From Rhizophagus irregularis (lineage: Eukaryota), in the NCBI RefSeq assembly GCF_026210795.1, contig NC_089435.1, forward strand, positions 3,162,001 to 3,226,000: a stretch of 64,000 nt of DNA, in the 5' to 3' direction. Below, piece by piece: positions 37,342-51,700 of this stretch. Each line of letters begins with the position of its first letter. The first letter of the stretch is position 1. The position numbers and the translations under genes were made by a program. Under the pieces are notes generated by a model. It was not told the origin of the DNA and ran no database searches. It saw nothing but the letters and a program-made list of their open reading frames with translations.

Positions 37342-38512
37342 TTAATTTAATACCTCTGGTTTTTTATTATTTGTTGTATTCGTTCTTGTTATCCCAGTAA
37401 ACCATATTTTTACTGCCTGATTTTGAGTCTTTAATTTTATATTACCTTTTCTATCTTTGGAATCACCGGTAACTTGTTTCACTTCGACAAATTTGTAGAA
37501 ACGAACCTTTTTAATTAAAGTCTTTTTCGATCTCTCCTGTATTATAATAAATAAATTAATATCCCAGAAGAAAAATTATTAAATTAAGAAATTTTACGTC
37601 TTCCTTTCTTTTACCTGAGATATCTTCCTTTCTTTAATTTGAAATCTGCATAATATATAAACAGGGGATCTTGGTTCATTCACATAGCTATGCCAAAACT
37701 CACTTCTATGTAATCCTTCAGGTCTTAAAAGTTGATGCTTTATCTTTTCCCTTCCTATATAACCCTTCTTAATCTTTTGTAAACTTTCATTTTTTTGGTT
37801 TTTTAAAGAATCGAATTGTGAATTATCATCATTAATGTCCACCTCTTTCAAAGTGTCAATAGTCGGATGTTTGACTACTTTTTTTCGACCGCTTTTTGAT
37901 TTTGATGTTGAACTATTTTCGTCTTGCGATGATCTACTATTGCGTACACATGATCTTAGTGCAGAATCATCTCTTTGTATATCCACTATCTTTTCGATAT
38001 CAAAACTTTTTGTTTCACTTATAGATTGTAAATCTTTATGATCAATATCACTTGAAATAGATGCTTCAGATACAATTTTAGACTTCCTTAACGTGTTTTT
38101 ATATAATTCGTTAAATTTGAGGTCATCGGATTTATCATCTGTTTCATTCAAGTTGTCCGATTGTCTTTCGCTATCAAGATTGCTTTTTGAAATCATTGTA
38201 ATATTATGCGGTTGTCGAATTTGTGTATTAATCTCGATGGAACTAGCAGTATCTATTGAAATTGATTTGAAAGAAATTAGAGTTTCGTTTGTGTCACATG
38301 AATAATCTTGACTGGTTATACTTTTATTTTGATCTTCAATCGATTTGTTATTGAAATTTTCATTTTTATGATACGAGGATTTGTCTGTTTAAGTACGTGA
38401 TTTAGAATTTGTCTTTTAATTCAAGCGTGATCTATAAAAAATACTTACCGTTTTTTACTACGTTTTTCTTTGAATTTTTCTTTTTTGAACTTTTATTTTT
38501 TTTTGAACCCAT
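37342..38512 (-). CDS. Hypothetical basic/low-complexity protein (~342 aa) with a KKVRF (RVxF-type) motif
   Basis: Exons 38512-38449, 38384-37615, 37536-37342 join in frame (MGSKKNKSSKKK...ISQERSKKTLIKKVRFYKFVEV...). Confidence 0.7.
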
Positions 38513-38932
38513 TTTCTTTTTTTTTTTTTAAAAAAAAAATATATTTAACGAATTTTATTTAACAAACAATCGTTAGAGAAGGGACTTTATGAACAAACGA
38601 AAAAAACAAGTTGAGGTAGTAGGGTATTTATATATGAGCTGTAGATCTTATATTACGTAATTAATTTTTTCCGAAAACGCGTAATAATCTAATCATTTTT
38701 GTCATAATCTAGTGATTTTTGTCATAATTACCAACTTAAATAACGAAATATATTTATTTATTGAAGATGATGTATGATGTGTAACATATAATACAAAAAG
38801 ACACAAAATTTGATTGATAATGAAAAAAAAATTTTTTTTTTGGTGAATATATATATATATATATATATATGTATATCAACTATATAAAGTATATAATATG
38901 CTTTTAAAATATTTTACAAAAATTATATATTC

Positions 38933-41552
38933 CTACGTATTATGAATTCTACCACGATAAAAATAATATTCTTCACCTAATTCACACGACCAAAAAATAT
39001 TCCTCTTCATTCCACTGTCAAATTCTTTTTTATCTTTTTCTCTAATGTCTTTCCCCATCTTATTATTAAAATTTTTCTTTATCCATGACTCACCTAAAAA
39101 CTTAACGGGGCAACCACTTGTAATCTTTTTTATAACTTTGCCAGATTTCATTGAAGCTAGTTCAATAATAGTGTTTTGAAATCCTACTATGTAAATATCA
39201 TTGAAACTAGGTAATAATGAAATTTCATTTGGAGGTAAGGACCATCGTATCGGACGATTGTATTTATACGGTTCACCTTTGTTATTTACTAAATGAGAAA
39301 CATTACAGATAGTCGCAAGAAACAGATTTGATGGGGATGGTACTTCTATTGGGGTTTTTTGTTTGTTTTCTGAAGAAGTTGGGTTTATCTTATTATTTTG
39401 GGGATTGTAGGGGTTGTGAAGGTGAAAGAATTGTGATGATGATTCAGATCCAGAAGATCCAGGAGATCCGGGAGATCCAGAAGATTCAGATGCATGAGAA
39501 GCATACGAAGCATGAGAAGCAGGAAATGAGACATAATCTAATTGAGCCATCATTGGTGGTAATTGTTGCATAATTGGTACAATTTCGCGATGTGCCAAAA
39601 TACTAGATAAATTAGTATAAGTGGGTGAAATTGGTGGCGAAATAAATTCATTATTTATTAATTGTTCTTGTCCATCTTCCTGTTGAGACACCATAGAAGC
39701 TACAGAACCTAATGGAGAATTTACTGAATTTATAGTATCATCTGTCACAATTGATTTTCTACGTGATTTTTTGTAAGAATTTGTACCACTTGATTGAAGG
39801 TCATTAGAAGAAGAAATACTTTTACGATTCCTGAATGTTGATCTTCTTAATGGATTACTTCTTAATTCGTTAACAAACTTTGCATGATTTGTTAAATCTG
39901 GAGGTATCGATGCTGTCGGTGATGTAGGTGGTGACTTAGGAAGGTATGAATTAGGAAGAGGTGGAGCATCAAAATTCAGTGATAAAGGGATAACGGAAAT
40001 TTGCGTATCAAATTCCACGGGATCTTCAATAAGAAATTCTAATGAACATGTATGTGGAAGAGGAGTAAAACTTCGCCAAACTGGATTTTCAACATATCTA
40101 GGAACAAGAACTTTTGGCATGGTGATCTCCGTCACTACACTTGAGTGAGCGTCGATAGATGCCGCTTTACCATTCATACAAGTAAATATCTTGTTAATTA
40201 CAAAAGGATCTCTTGCTACACTAATAAAATCTGGAGTTTCTGGAACCCAAAAAGTTTTAGCCAATTCAAATTTAAAATCTGGAGTATTTTTTGCGCTAAC
40301 CTCACAATGAAATAGATGAACCATATTATGTAGCGTTACAACCGTTAAATAAATATAACTTTTCGTCTCTTTTACATCAAAAGTAGTACAATCTTTAGCG
40401 GCGTCCAATTTAACATAATCAGTGGCCCAATTCCATGCATTTATTTTTTCTTCCGCGCTAATATCAACACTATCTAAAGAATTTGAAAGATGTTGCTGAA
40501 TATAATCCGTTAATTGTGACGTAAAATTTGATAAAGTACGTTGATGTAATTTTCCTGGAAATAACGAATTCCCTGATGTTGAAGAATTAGATTCTGAACT
40601 TGTAGAAATAATACTTGTGGCTGATCTTCGTTTGAGCTCTTTACAATTTTTACATATTGTCTTTCCGCTTTTTTGCCCTTCTGAATTAATATTTTCCTCT
40701 AATGGATTTCCACAAACATCACATCTTTGTAGTGAATCAGTAATTTTTTTCAAAAAGTTGGGTGTCTTTGAAAAATCTACGGGTCTATCTGATTTCGATT
40801 GTAACATAAATTTAATTAAATGTAATAAAGAATCTAATTGATAAATTCGAATCATTTGTTTTTTTCCAGCAATTGCAATCATGATTCCATATTCATCTAA
40901 AATCTGAATTTTTCTAAAAGAACATCCTCGAATTAATAGTTTAGGTTTAATTAATTCAGAATTAACGGAAAAATCGATCACACTTAATCCATTCTCATTT
41001 CCAATTAATAAATATTGTTTTCCAAACATGGACGCGCATGTCATTTGTTCTATTGATCCAGTATTAGGAGAACCAAGAAGTTTACTCTCAAATTCTCCTA
41101 CATTAACTGAAGCCTGTCGATTCTCATAATTAACGACTGTAATCACACGTCTTAAACCTGTTGGATTTGACTACAAAAATAGAAGAAATAATTATTATTA
41201 ATATATATATATAATTTTTTATAAAAAAGGTATATATAATTTATAACATCAATGTAATATATGAGTGATAAATATGTGAAAATTGAATTTAACGAACTTT
41301 ATCAGAATCATCATTTAGGTCTTTCGAAGTTGTCGTAATTGTCATATCACCATTATCGTCATTTTTAGGACGAGCATTGAATTGAGTGCTCGATACGACA
41401 TTTTCACTTTCAATCAATAATGTTTTAACGATTTTTTTTCCAAGTTGTTGATTTTTACTCGGAAGCGGTAGGTTGACTAAATTTTCTGAGGTAGGAATAA
41501 TATTATTTATAGGATGTAATGAAGTATTATTAAACTCTGCTTTATCTTGCAT
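38933..41552 (-). CDS. CNH (citron homology) domain protein (~830 aa)
   Basis: Exons 41552-41298 and 41170-38933. CASMFGKQYLLIGNENGL, IQILDEYGIMIAIAGKKQMIRIYQLDSL and IRWSLPP..IVGFQNTIIEL resemble MAP4K-type CNH blades. Confidence 0.8.
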
Positions 41553-42720
41553 GTTTTTTTTTAAAAAAAAAAATAAAAAAAAAATAAAATTTTCGAAAAT
41601 CAGGTAGGACGCATTTATATTAAGCATATATATACAAATCCGATATATACAAGAGTTTCCAAAAAAAAGCCTTATGATGACATAACCTGGTTAGATTAGT
41701 TAAAAAAAAAAAAATAATAATAAATAGAAGATTCCACAAGAATGATCAATAAGCTAATAAGCTAAGGTTTTCTATTAATAGCACAAAAATTATTCCAAAG
41801 TAGGATTATACGGAAGATCTGCTCAATATTAAGCTAATTTTGTGTACAATAAAATTACTTGTCCATTCATACTGCGGTGATAATATGATGATATTTTAAT
41901 TATTTAATTATTTTTCTAACTAAATATTTGAAGCCTTTTTCGACCAAAATTGAAATTTTTTCTTCGCATTTTTAATTCCGACTAAAAATTCGATTCTTTA
42001 ATAAAACAAAACAATACATTATTATTTATTATGATGGTTAATATAATATTATTATTTGAACAATTAAAAATTAATTTCTTTTATTTCTTTTAACTAAATA
42101 AAATTTAATAATAATATTTGATGTGGTACAATGTTTAATGGGTATTACCGAAAGTTCAAAGATAAAGTTATTTATCCTTTGTACAATGTTTGTGATAAAC
42201 ATAAACATCATTCTATTAAACAATTAACTTTGTTAATAACTCAATGATATTGATACGTCACATTATCCAATCAGGAATCATCAAGAATTATTTTGCTAAA
42301 TGAAACTTCTAAATGTCGAAATTTTTTTCATAAAAATTTTATTAATTGTCAATATTCATAAAATATGTTAAGTAACACTTGTATACTGAGATTGATTGCT
42401 TCGGACTTTCATTTCCGATTTTGCGTTATCTTGTGCCTGATTTGAAAGATAGTGCACTTTTGTGAGCTTTATTAGGTTATAAGTTCCTAACCATTCTAAA
42501 TAATCATTTAGAACAAAATAACAAAACAAAGTTTTTTAAAATCCTATAAATTACTTTATGCATCATTTAAAACTAAAATTTTACAATCAAAAACTATTTA
42601 TTTTTATTTTGTTGAATTTTATCTAAATAAAAAAAAATTTTTTTTTTGCTAATTCATTTAATAGCCGCTCAATATCAATATAAATCGTTCTTGAGCTAGA
42701 TAATTTTTTTAAAACGTAAA

Positions 42721-45700
42721 ATGAATAGTTCTAACGCTACTAAAAGAAGAAAAAAAGGAAAAGGATTCAAACCAAAAGAACCTTACACTAATCGTTTACG
42801 TAAAATTCTCGATGAATATCCTGATGGTTCACAGGTTCTTCGTGAAATTCTTCAGAATTCCGATGATTCCAAGAGTACCGAACAAATTTTTATTTTGGAT
42901 CATAATACATATCCATCAAATAGTTTACTTGAACCAGAGGAGGATAGCTATGAAAGAACAAATCTAAAACTTGATAGATATCAAGGTCCAGCACTTTTAG
43001 CTAAGAATAATACTATTTTCGAGGAAAGGGATTTTGAATCTTTGCTGAAATTAGCTGATAGTGAGAAACAAGATCAATTTGATAAGATTGGAGGTAAAAA
43101 AATTTTTTTTTATTTACCTTATATGATTAAAATAATATTGATATTGTCTATTAACTTTCTGTCATTTTCATGTAAATTTAGTAATGGGTGTCGGCTTTAA
43201 TTCGATTTATCATATTACCGATTCACCTTCTTTTATTACTGGTGAAAATTATGTCATTCTTGATCCACACGAATGGTATTTTGATGGTGGTGTCAAATTC
43301 AACTTTGTCGATGATAATTTGGCCGAAGAATACCCGGATCAATTCGCTCCCTTCGGAATTCCATGTGATAGATCATTTAAAGGCACCCTCTTTCGTTATC
43401 CTCTCCGTACTGATGAAGATTCTATTGATTCGAAAATTTCTGATAAAGTATATAAACCTGATGAAATTTTAGAGATGTTTCATAAATTTTATGAAAAAGA
43501 AAGCGTAAATTGTTTATTGTTTTTAAAATATATTGAACGTATTCAATTCTATGAATTGAAAGAAGGTGCTACTGAACCTGAATTACTTTACACAATTCAG
43601 TTGGAAAATATTGATGACCACATTCGACAACAACGTCGGTTAATAGTTGAAAAAATTGTACCAATGATGAAATCATTAAAATTAGGAGAACTTAACGGAA
43701 ATAATCAGTTAGATACTTCTTATGTTGCATCATTTTCTCGAAAGCGAAAAGATGATTCTATAGAAATTAGCTCATGGTTAATTTTAAATTATCTTGATGA
43801 CTTACTTGAAGTCGAAAAATATTTTTATGAGAACTTTAATAAATATATAGGAGATTATAAATTTATTCCTAATGTTGGTTTAGCTGTTCCTTTGAATAAT
43901 CCGGATGCTGTTGGAAGATTATTCTGTTTTTTACCTCTTCCTATTGATATGCCCTTTCTCGTTTCCGTACATGGATACTTTGCGGTAAGAATCAATAAAG
44001 TTTTGATATTGTTATGATGAATAATAAAATAATACCTTTTTTTGTTTGGTTAACAGGTTAGCACCAATCGACGTACCTTATGGTCGCCTGCCGACAATGA
44101 AGACCTAGTAAATAATCAACTTCATAAATACGCAATTTGTTTTTTTAATATTTGTATATATATTTCTAAACTATTAAATATTAAACGTAAATTTTTTAGG
44201 CGGTTGATGCGTTAGCGCGTTTGAAAGTTGAATGGAATAAATATTTATTTGAAAAAGTCTTACCTAAAGCTTGGGCAAAATTTCTTAATGAACTTCCGCT
44301 TAAAGTTTCTAATCTTCGATCAGGTGATTTACATAAATTCTGGCCAAGAGATAATGAAGGAACTTCTAGCATTAGTTCTTTTTGTAAGGATCTATTACAA
44401 AATGTCATAGAAAATCTTAATATTGATGATCGTGTATTCAGAGGACCTCCTTCATCAAATACCATTGGAGTAGTATCTAAAGCTTCAGCAGATTCGTATG
44501 ATACACCCTTATTTCAAGAATCCGAATTTCATTGGCTTTCTCTTTTAAATGGCTATTTGGAGGATGAAAAATCGCGAATTTATGAATTACCTAAAATAAT
44601 TGGAAGTATTGGGTTTCCATTCATATCAACCTTACCTACCATCCTCAACGCCTTAAAAAAATCTACTAAACACGAAGATTCCCTCCATTTTTTTACTCCT
44701 GCCACCATTCGTAATTATTTAAGGTGTAATAGTGATAGATGGCAGGAAGGTGTAATATCAAGAAAAGAAATCTTATATTTATTTGAATATATATTAGAGG
44801 ACAAAAAGTTTGATGAATTAGAAGGTTTTAAAATGATTCCGCTTGCAGATGGTACGCTTGGTACTTTAACACAATCTGGTAATTCTTACGCGTATATTGG
44901 CCCAGATGAAATTCTTAAAACTCATAAAAACGATGAATGTAATATTTTCAAAGATCAACTGAATAAGTTCATTGATAAATCGATTAACAATTATACACTA
45001 TATCACTGCTTACATGAAAATGCAAAAGCAAAATGGATTTTAAATATAAAAATATTGGATGAATTTGCTGTTGGTGATATGATTAGATATTCATTGAATT
45101 ATACAGAGAATACACAAGATTCTGAAGAAATACCAATGCCAAATAATTATGAATGGATTTATCAATTATGGGATAACCTAAAATTTAGAAATTGGGATTT
45201 AACTAAATTTGAAGATATTCATTTAATTCCGACAAATCATTCTACTCTTAGAAAGTTGAAGACTCCTAGAAAGACTTTTTCGGGTAAAAATATCTCAAAC
45301 AATTCTTTAATTTCTATTTTCGAAAAATTTGGTGCTGTTTTCGTTGACAGTGAATTTGATAGACAAATTTCAGAATGGAATAAGTAAGTATTTTTTTATA
45401 AATAAATTTTTACATCTTTTTTTAAAAAAAAAAATAACTAAAAACTTTTTTTATATAATCAGAATATCTCCATATATTATTAAGCCTGATAACATTATAT
45501 CGGTTTTGGATTCCTTCCGTGCTAATGCATCATATCCAGATAATTTGAAAATAAATTTACAGAGTAGCGAAGCAACAGCGCTCGTTGAACATTTATCTAA
45601 TTATTTACGGCTTGCTAATAAATCTAATCTAATACGAAATCATATTGATGTTATTAAACATCTTCCTATTTTTATCGAAGTTGACCATACTTCACCAATT

Positions 45701-48700
45701 CCATTGTTACCATTACAACCTGAAAACAAAAGTTGGTATCTTTTACCTCGTGAAGAAGAAAAATCATATGGTAAAATTATTTATCCAAGTGATAAGGGAG
45801 GATTTATTAATACTATCTCACAAAATATGTGTTATATATTGGAAGATATTATTAAAATTCCTCGATTAACTGTAAATGATTATTGGAGAAGATATGTAAT
45901 ACCATTTCTTGAATCACAAATACCGGGAGACATAGATATAGTTGTTGACAAACTTTTTGATCGATTAACATCTTTACTTGATGTTGATGCTAGCTTAAAG
46001 GATGATCTTGGAAGAAGATCTTTTGTACCCGTTGGTACAATTAGAATGTCGCAACAACAACAAACGCCTAATGTTATAATTTTGGCCAAACCAATGGAAC
46101 TTTTTGATCCAAAAGCAAAGACAGTGACTGATCTATTTTTTGAAGATGAGCAACTTTTTCCTGCCGGTAGATATGGTAGCCCGCAAAAGTACCTTCCAAA
46201 TTTGAAGTTGTTAGGAATTAAATCAGTTCTTACCCCAAATGATATTATTTCTCGAATCGATGCTATTATAAAACGAAGAGAAACTACCAATGAAGAACTC
46301 GTTCGTATCAAGGCAGATAGGCTTTTAAAGTATATTGATGATAAATGGGATCAGATAACTAAAAATAGTAATGCGTCCTTGGAAGCTCTTTTAGAAAAAG
46401 AATGGATACCTACAGTTGACGAATCTGGAAAAAAGTTTTTTTCGAAACCTAGAGAATGTTATGGTAAAAAATATAAATATCTAGTTTGTTTGGCTGCACC
46501 TGTATTAGAATATAATCTTAGAAATCGTAACTTATTAAAATATTTAAAGTGGGACACTTGTCCCGATGTTGGAATTGTCCTAAAACAATTGGAATTTTGT
46601 CGTAGTGATGTGAATAATAAAAGACCACCAAAGGAATTAAGATCTATTTGTAACGCTATTTATGAATATATGAATGAAGCTTTTCAAGCAAATGACGAGA
46701 CATCAAAAGAAAGATTTAATTTTATCAATAAATCTTTAAAAAATGAATCATGGATTTTATGCGGAGATAAATTTCGTTCAAGTGATAAAGTTGTCATCAA
46801 TCTTCCTAATAGATTTCAGGATAATGATTCTTTAATTGTTAAACTACCTATGGAGTATTATAGATTCAAAGATTTATTTAAACATATGGGAGTTCGAGAC
46901 GAAATTGGAGTCAAAGATTTGGTTAATTTTATTAAAAATATGGTCAAGGAAGATAAAAATAGAGCCTTAGATACACATGAAGTAGACAGCGTTATTATGA
47001 TCCTTGAACAAATCGCCAGGATACGAAAGGATAATAGGAGAGAAGGAAATGAAAATGATACGGAAGAATTGGAGGGATTGTTGATTCCAAGCGATAAAAA
47101 TGTACTTGTTGACTTTCATGAAATTCATTTTGATGATATGGAAGGTAGACTGAACGGACTAAACGAACTAAACGAATATTCTATTAAACATATTGCTCAT
47201 TACAATATAACTTCGGATATTGCTACGAAATTAGAAATTCAAACTTTAATAGGAGAAATATATGGTAATCTCAATAAACTATAATATTCAAATTAATATT
47301 AGTGAATATAGATTATGTAATAATTTACTAATTTTAATATTAATTTCTAGGTAATTCTGACTGGGAAATCTTTGAACAAGACGAGTCATTGACTACCAGA
47401 ATAAAAAATATTCTCAAGGTAACCTTTAATTACTATTTCATTCGCATTAAATATTAATTTACTAAATATTGTATTTGGCATGAGTAGGACTATTGGATGG
47501 GCTATCTATTTAGAGAATTTCTTCAAGTAAGTTATATGGTAATTTTAATACTTCTGAAATAAACAAAATTAAATTAATATTGGAAAATAACTTTTCAAAT
47601 GTAGAATGCAGATGACGCTAAAGCAGAACATTTTTTGGTAATCATAGACGAAAGACAATTTAACTTTCCTAATAAAGAATTCATTTCAAAAAAAATGGAA
47701 GATTGGCAAGGTCCTGCGATATGGATTTATAATTCTGCAGTATTTTCTTCTGTTGCTCCTAATGATGACTTTAAATCTTTGCGCAATCTTGGCATTGGAG
47801 GGAAATCTAATGATGACACGAAAATTGGAAAATTCGGGATAGGATTCAATTGTGCGTATCATTTCACAGATTTACCTAGCGTCTTGAGCGGACAATATAT
47901 TGCATTTTTAGATCCGCATGCAAAATATCTTCCTCCCACAGGATTTCCTCTTAAAAGACCAAAAGGTACTCGATTTGATTTCGTTGCCAAGAATTTAAAA
48001 GAAAATTGTCCAGACCAATGCTACCCATATGAAGCGATATTTAATTTTATTAAGAATAAATTTCCAGATAAATACAAAACAGGAGGTTGTGATTTTTCAG
48101 GAGAATTCGAGGGAACCTTATTTAGACTCCCACTCAGAACTCATAAATTAGCAAAAGATAGTGATATATCAACCAAAGTTATTAGTACTCATAAAGTTAT
48201 GGAACTATTCAGTAATATTCAGGATAATAATGAGATGCTATTTTTAAGAAATATAGAATCGTGTGGTCTATATCGCATGAAAGGTAGAAAACCTGAATTG
48301 CTCTGGGAAGAGGAAATTACGACAAAAGAACACCGTCAATTTCGTCGAAAAGTTATTGACAAAGAACAAATCTATCAATTGAATATTGATAAATCTAATT
48401 ATGTACAAAACAAAAAAGTTTCGGAGATATGGGCTGTATGTACGGGAGGACATAACAAGGTCAAGCCGGAGTCAAGGGAACTTGAAGGAAAGCTTAAAAA
48501 ATTTTCAGAGGAAAAACGACTGAAGGTAAACGAATTATACACTATTTCATTTTCATTCTCATAACATTAAATAATATTTTATCAAATTTTATTCATATTT
48601 TTTTATTTATTTAATAAAGCCAAGAGGTGGAGTTGCAGCTTTGCTTGCTCAATCTAATGAAAAAACATTGAAGGAATTAAGAGATGATTCGGTAAAATTT

Positions 48701-51700
48701 TTTCTTTCTTTGTAATATTTGCCTATCAAGTATTAACCCAATTAATTTTTGCATTATAGTTTCCAAATCCTCCCGATCTTATAGGAAAAATTTATTCATA
48801 TTTATCTCTATCAATAACTAGCAATTTGGGGGTTCACCTAAATGGGGACTTTTCATTATCTAGTGCAAGAAGTGGCGTTCTACAGTCTGACAACGAATTT
48901 TTACTAGCCGATTGTGATGATGCAAAATGGAATAAATATATTATGCATGACGTTTTATCCGATTTACACGTTAAATTAATTGAATATATTGTGGAGCTTG
49001 AAGAAGCTCGGTACAAAGAGACAAAAAAGAAAACAGATTTTATATCACATACCATGAATAATCTTTGGCCCATTCCTGCTAGGGAAAATTCGATCATGGC
49101 ATACAAAAGCTATGGATTAAACGTTATTAGAAAATTAGGCCTTAAAAGCAAAATCTTCTGGACCGGAGTTAATCAAGGTCAATTTATTTCATTAAAAGAT
49201 GCTAGAATTTTTGAGAAAGAGAAAGCAATAATTGTAGATATGTTGGTTAAATCAGGAATTTCAGCTGTGAAACTTGATAAAGATAAAATTGAACAACTTG
49301 ATGAAATTAAATCCATGAACAATCCAAGATTTCCTTATGAACCTATAAACGGAAAATTAATTTGTAATGAATTACAAATGAGGAAATTTAAGTTGCCTTC
49401 TTTTAATACCGACGATTCATTATTCCAATTACTTGATTTTATTCTTCAAGATAAAAGTTCTTTTAAAAATCTTGCCGGATTACCATTAGTTCCATTGAAT
49501 GACGGATCAGTCGGTAAATTTGGTGAAGTTTATTATATCGGGAAAGACAAACATTTAAAATTGTTCCCAAAAAGTGGAACATCAAAATTTATCTCCATCG
49601 AATTACCGGAGAATCTAAAGAAAATTTTTAATGATGATGAATTTATTTCATGTACAAATATCAAAAAGTTTGATGCCTCGGTTGTTGTAGATCTCTTAAT
49701 GGATGAATTACAGCTCGTAAAAGAACTTGAGTGGGATCCCGATGGAGAATCTATCCCGAATAAGATTTGGCTTGATAAAATCTGGTCAATATTGAACAAA
49801 TCAGCGGAAAAATTAGATTTCAATGAACTTTCTAGATATCCTCTTTTACCGATGGTTAACCCTTCCAATATGCTTATTCGCCTTGACATGGATGATCCAC
49901 TTTTACACATTCCTGAGAATGGACATGTTTTATATCCAACATTAGTAAAACTAGAAGTGCGTTTTACTAACATGTCATTTCATGAAAATGCTCACGAAAA
50001 CCTTCAAAAATGTGTCGAAAAATACACTCCTATAAACATAATTAATGCTTTGAAGAGAGCATGTGCTTCTTCATTTTCGGATATGGAACAATTGTTTTAT
50101 AAGAATGATCTGGAAGATGTGGACTATGAAAAGCTTAGAGCATTTATTAAAGCGGAAATTGATACCTTGATCGGTGAGTTTAAAGGAACGATTAAAAAAT
50201 TTTGTATTTTAATATTTTATATACTTACCTTTTTATTATCTTAATAGAGCATGGACAAAAAGATCGAAGTTTTATGGATACTTTAAAATCTTTACCCATA
50301 TGGCCAATGCATTCTTCCGAAAATAGGTTCAATGATGCCATATCTGGAAATCTTCTTACTTACAAGCTTCCATTTTTTTCCTTTAATCAAGATACAAATT
50401 TCTATAGATGTAATAACGAGTCGGATTTCAATGTACTTACTAAATTGGGTGCCAATCCTGTAGATGAATTAGAATACATTAGACATTATATAGTACCAGT
50501 ACTCACTACACAATTTCCAGAACCTTCCGAAGAATATATTAATTTCTTGCAGAGTGTTTTATCTTTAAGAAATCGTGAAATTGAACAATGTCTTAGATTG
50601 TATCAAGCAGTACCAAACCAACCAGGCACTGAACAGTCAGTTTCTTCTTTAGTAAGGGCCGATACTTTATATGACGCGAATAATCCGTTGTTTCGCAGAA
50701 TCTTTGCCAACACAGACAAATTTTTACCGCCAGAATTACAAAACAATCCTGCTTGTTTAGAAGCTCTAGGAAGAATGGGTCTTAAACGTGAAGTAGATTA
50801 TGACAAATTTGTCGAATGTGCATTAGAAATTGAATCACAGAAATCACAGATTCAGTATAATATGTTTCAAGAAAATGTGGTTAAAGATCGTGCAAAATTT
50901 TTAGTAAGATATTTATATGAACATACTAATTCCTTGAACTTCAATACTGAACAATGGAACAAAATTCTAGGAATCAAATTTGTTCCATCAGAAAAGAATC
51001 ATCAAAATATTCAAAATCAATTTTATCAAGGACAAAAAGAGACTTCAGGGTTTGAATCATTTGAAGATCTTTGTTCTCATAAATATAAGAAAATATGCTG
51101 GACTCAATGTCCACTATTTGATGATGATGTTGAACCAACTACTAGTTTTAGTGAGAAGCATTCAGAAATCGGATTTCCAACTACAGAAAATATTATTGAT
51201 CATTTGTTTGCTATCGTGGCAATGTCTAAAGAAAAAAAATGGAGTAAAGATAACAAGAGGGAACTAAAAAATGTAATTAATGAAATTTATGAAATATTGA
51301 ATAAACTTTGTAAAAATAAAAGTCATATTTTGTTGATTAAAACGAAAATTGGCCCTAAAAAGGAGATATTATTAAATGGAGATGATCCGTTCGATGAAAA
51401 AAGCGATGAAAAAAGCTGGGTAGCAGGAGGAGAACTTATACTTGGAATACAAGAAGATATCAAAGTGGGAATGTATAAAGTTAATAACTGCTTGATAGAT
51501 TATGAGGAATTATTGATTATTCTTGGGGCCCGTACAATAAGACCACCTCCAGTTCCAGTTCCAGCTCCTGATCCTGATGATCAAAAAGAAGTGGTGCTTA
51601 AATCTTTGCTGGACAAGCTTATAAGTCAGTCCGATATTGAATGTCAATGTAATGATGTTGTTTTTGTTGTTGGTGAAGAGAAAGTAAAAATTGGTGCTAG

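Noticed and set aside
32948..49973. Antisense and alternate-frame ORFs overlapping real genes (e.g. 32948-33328, 45880-46311, 49533-49973)
   Set aside because: Shadow ORFs of the coding strand with no independent motifs.
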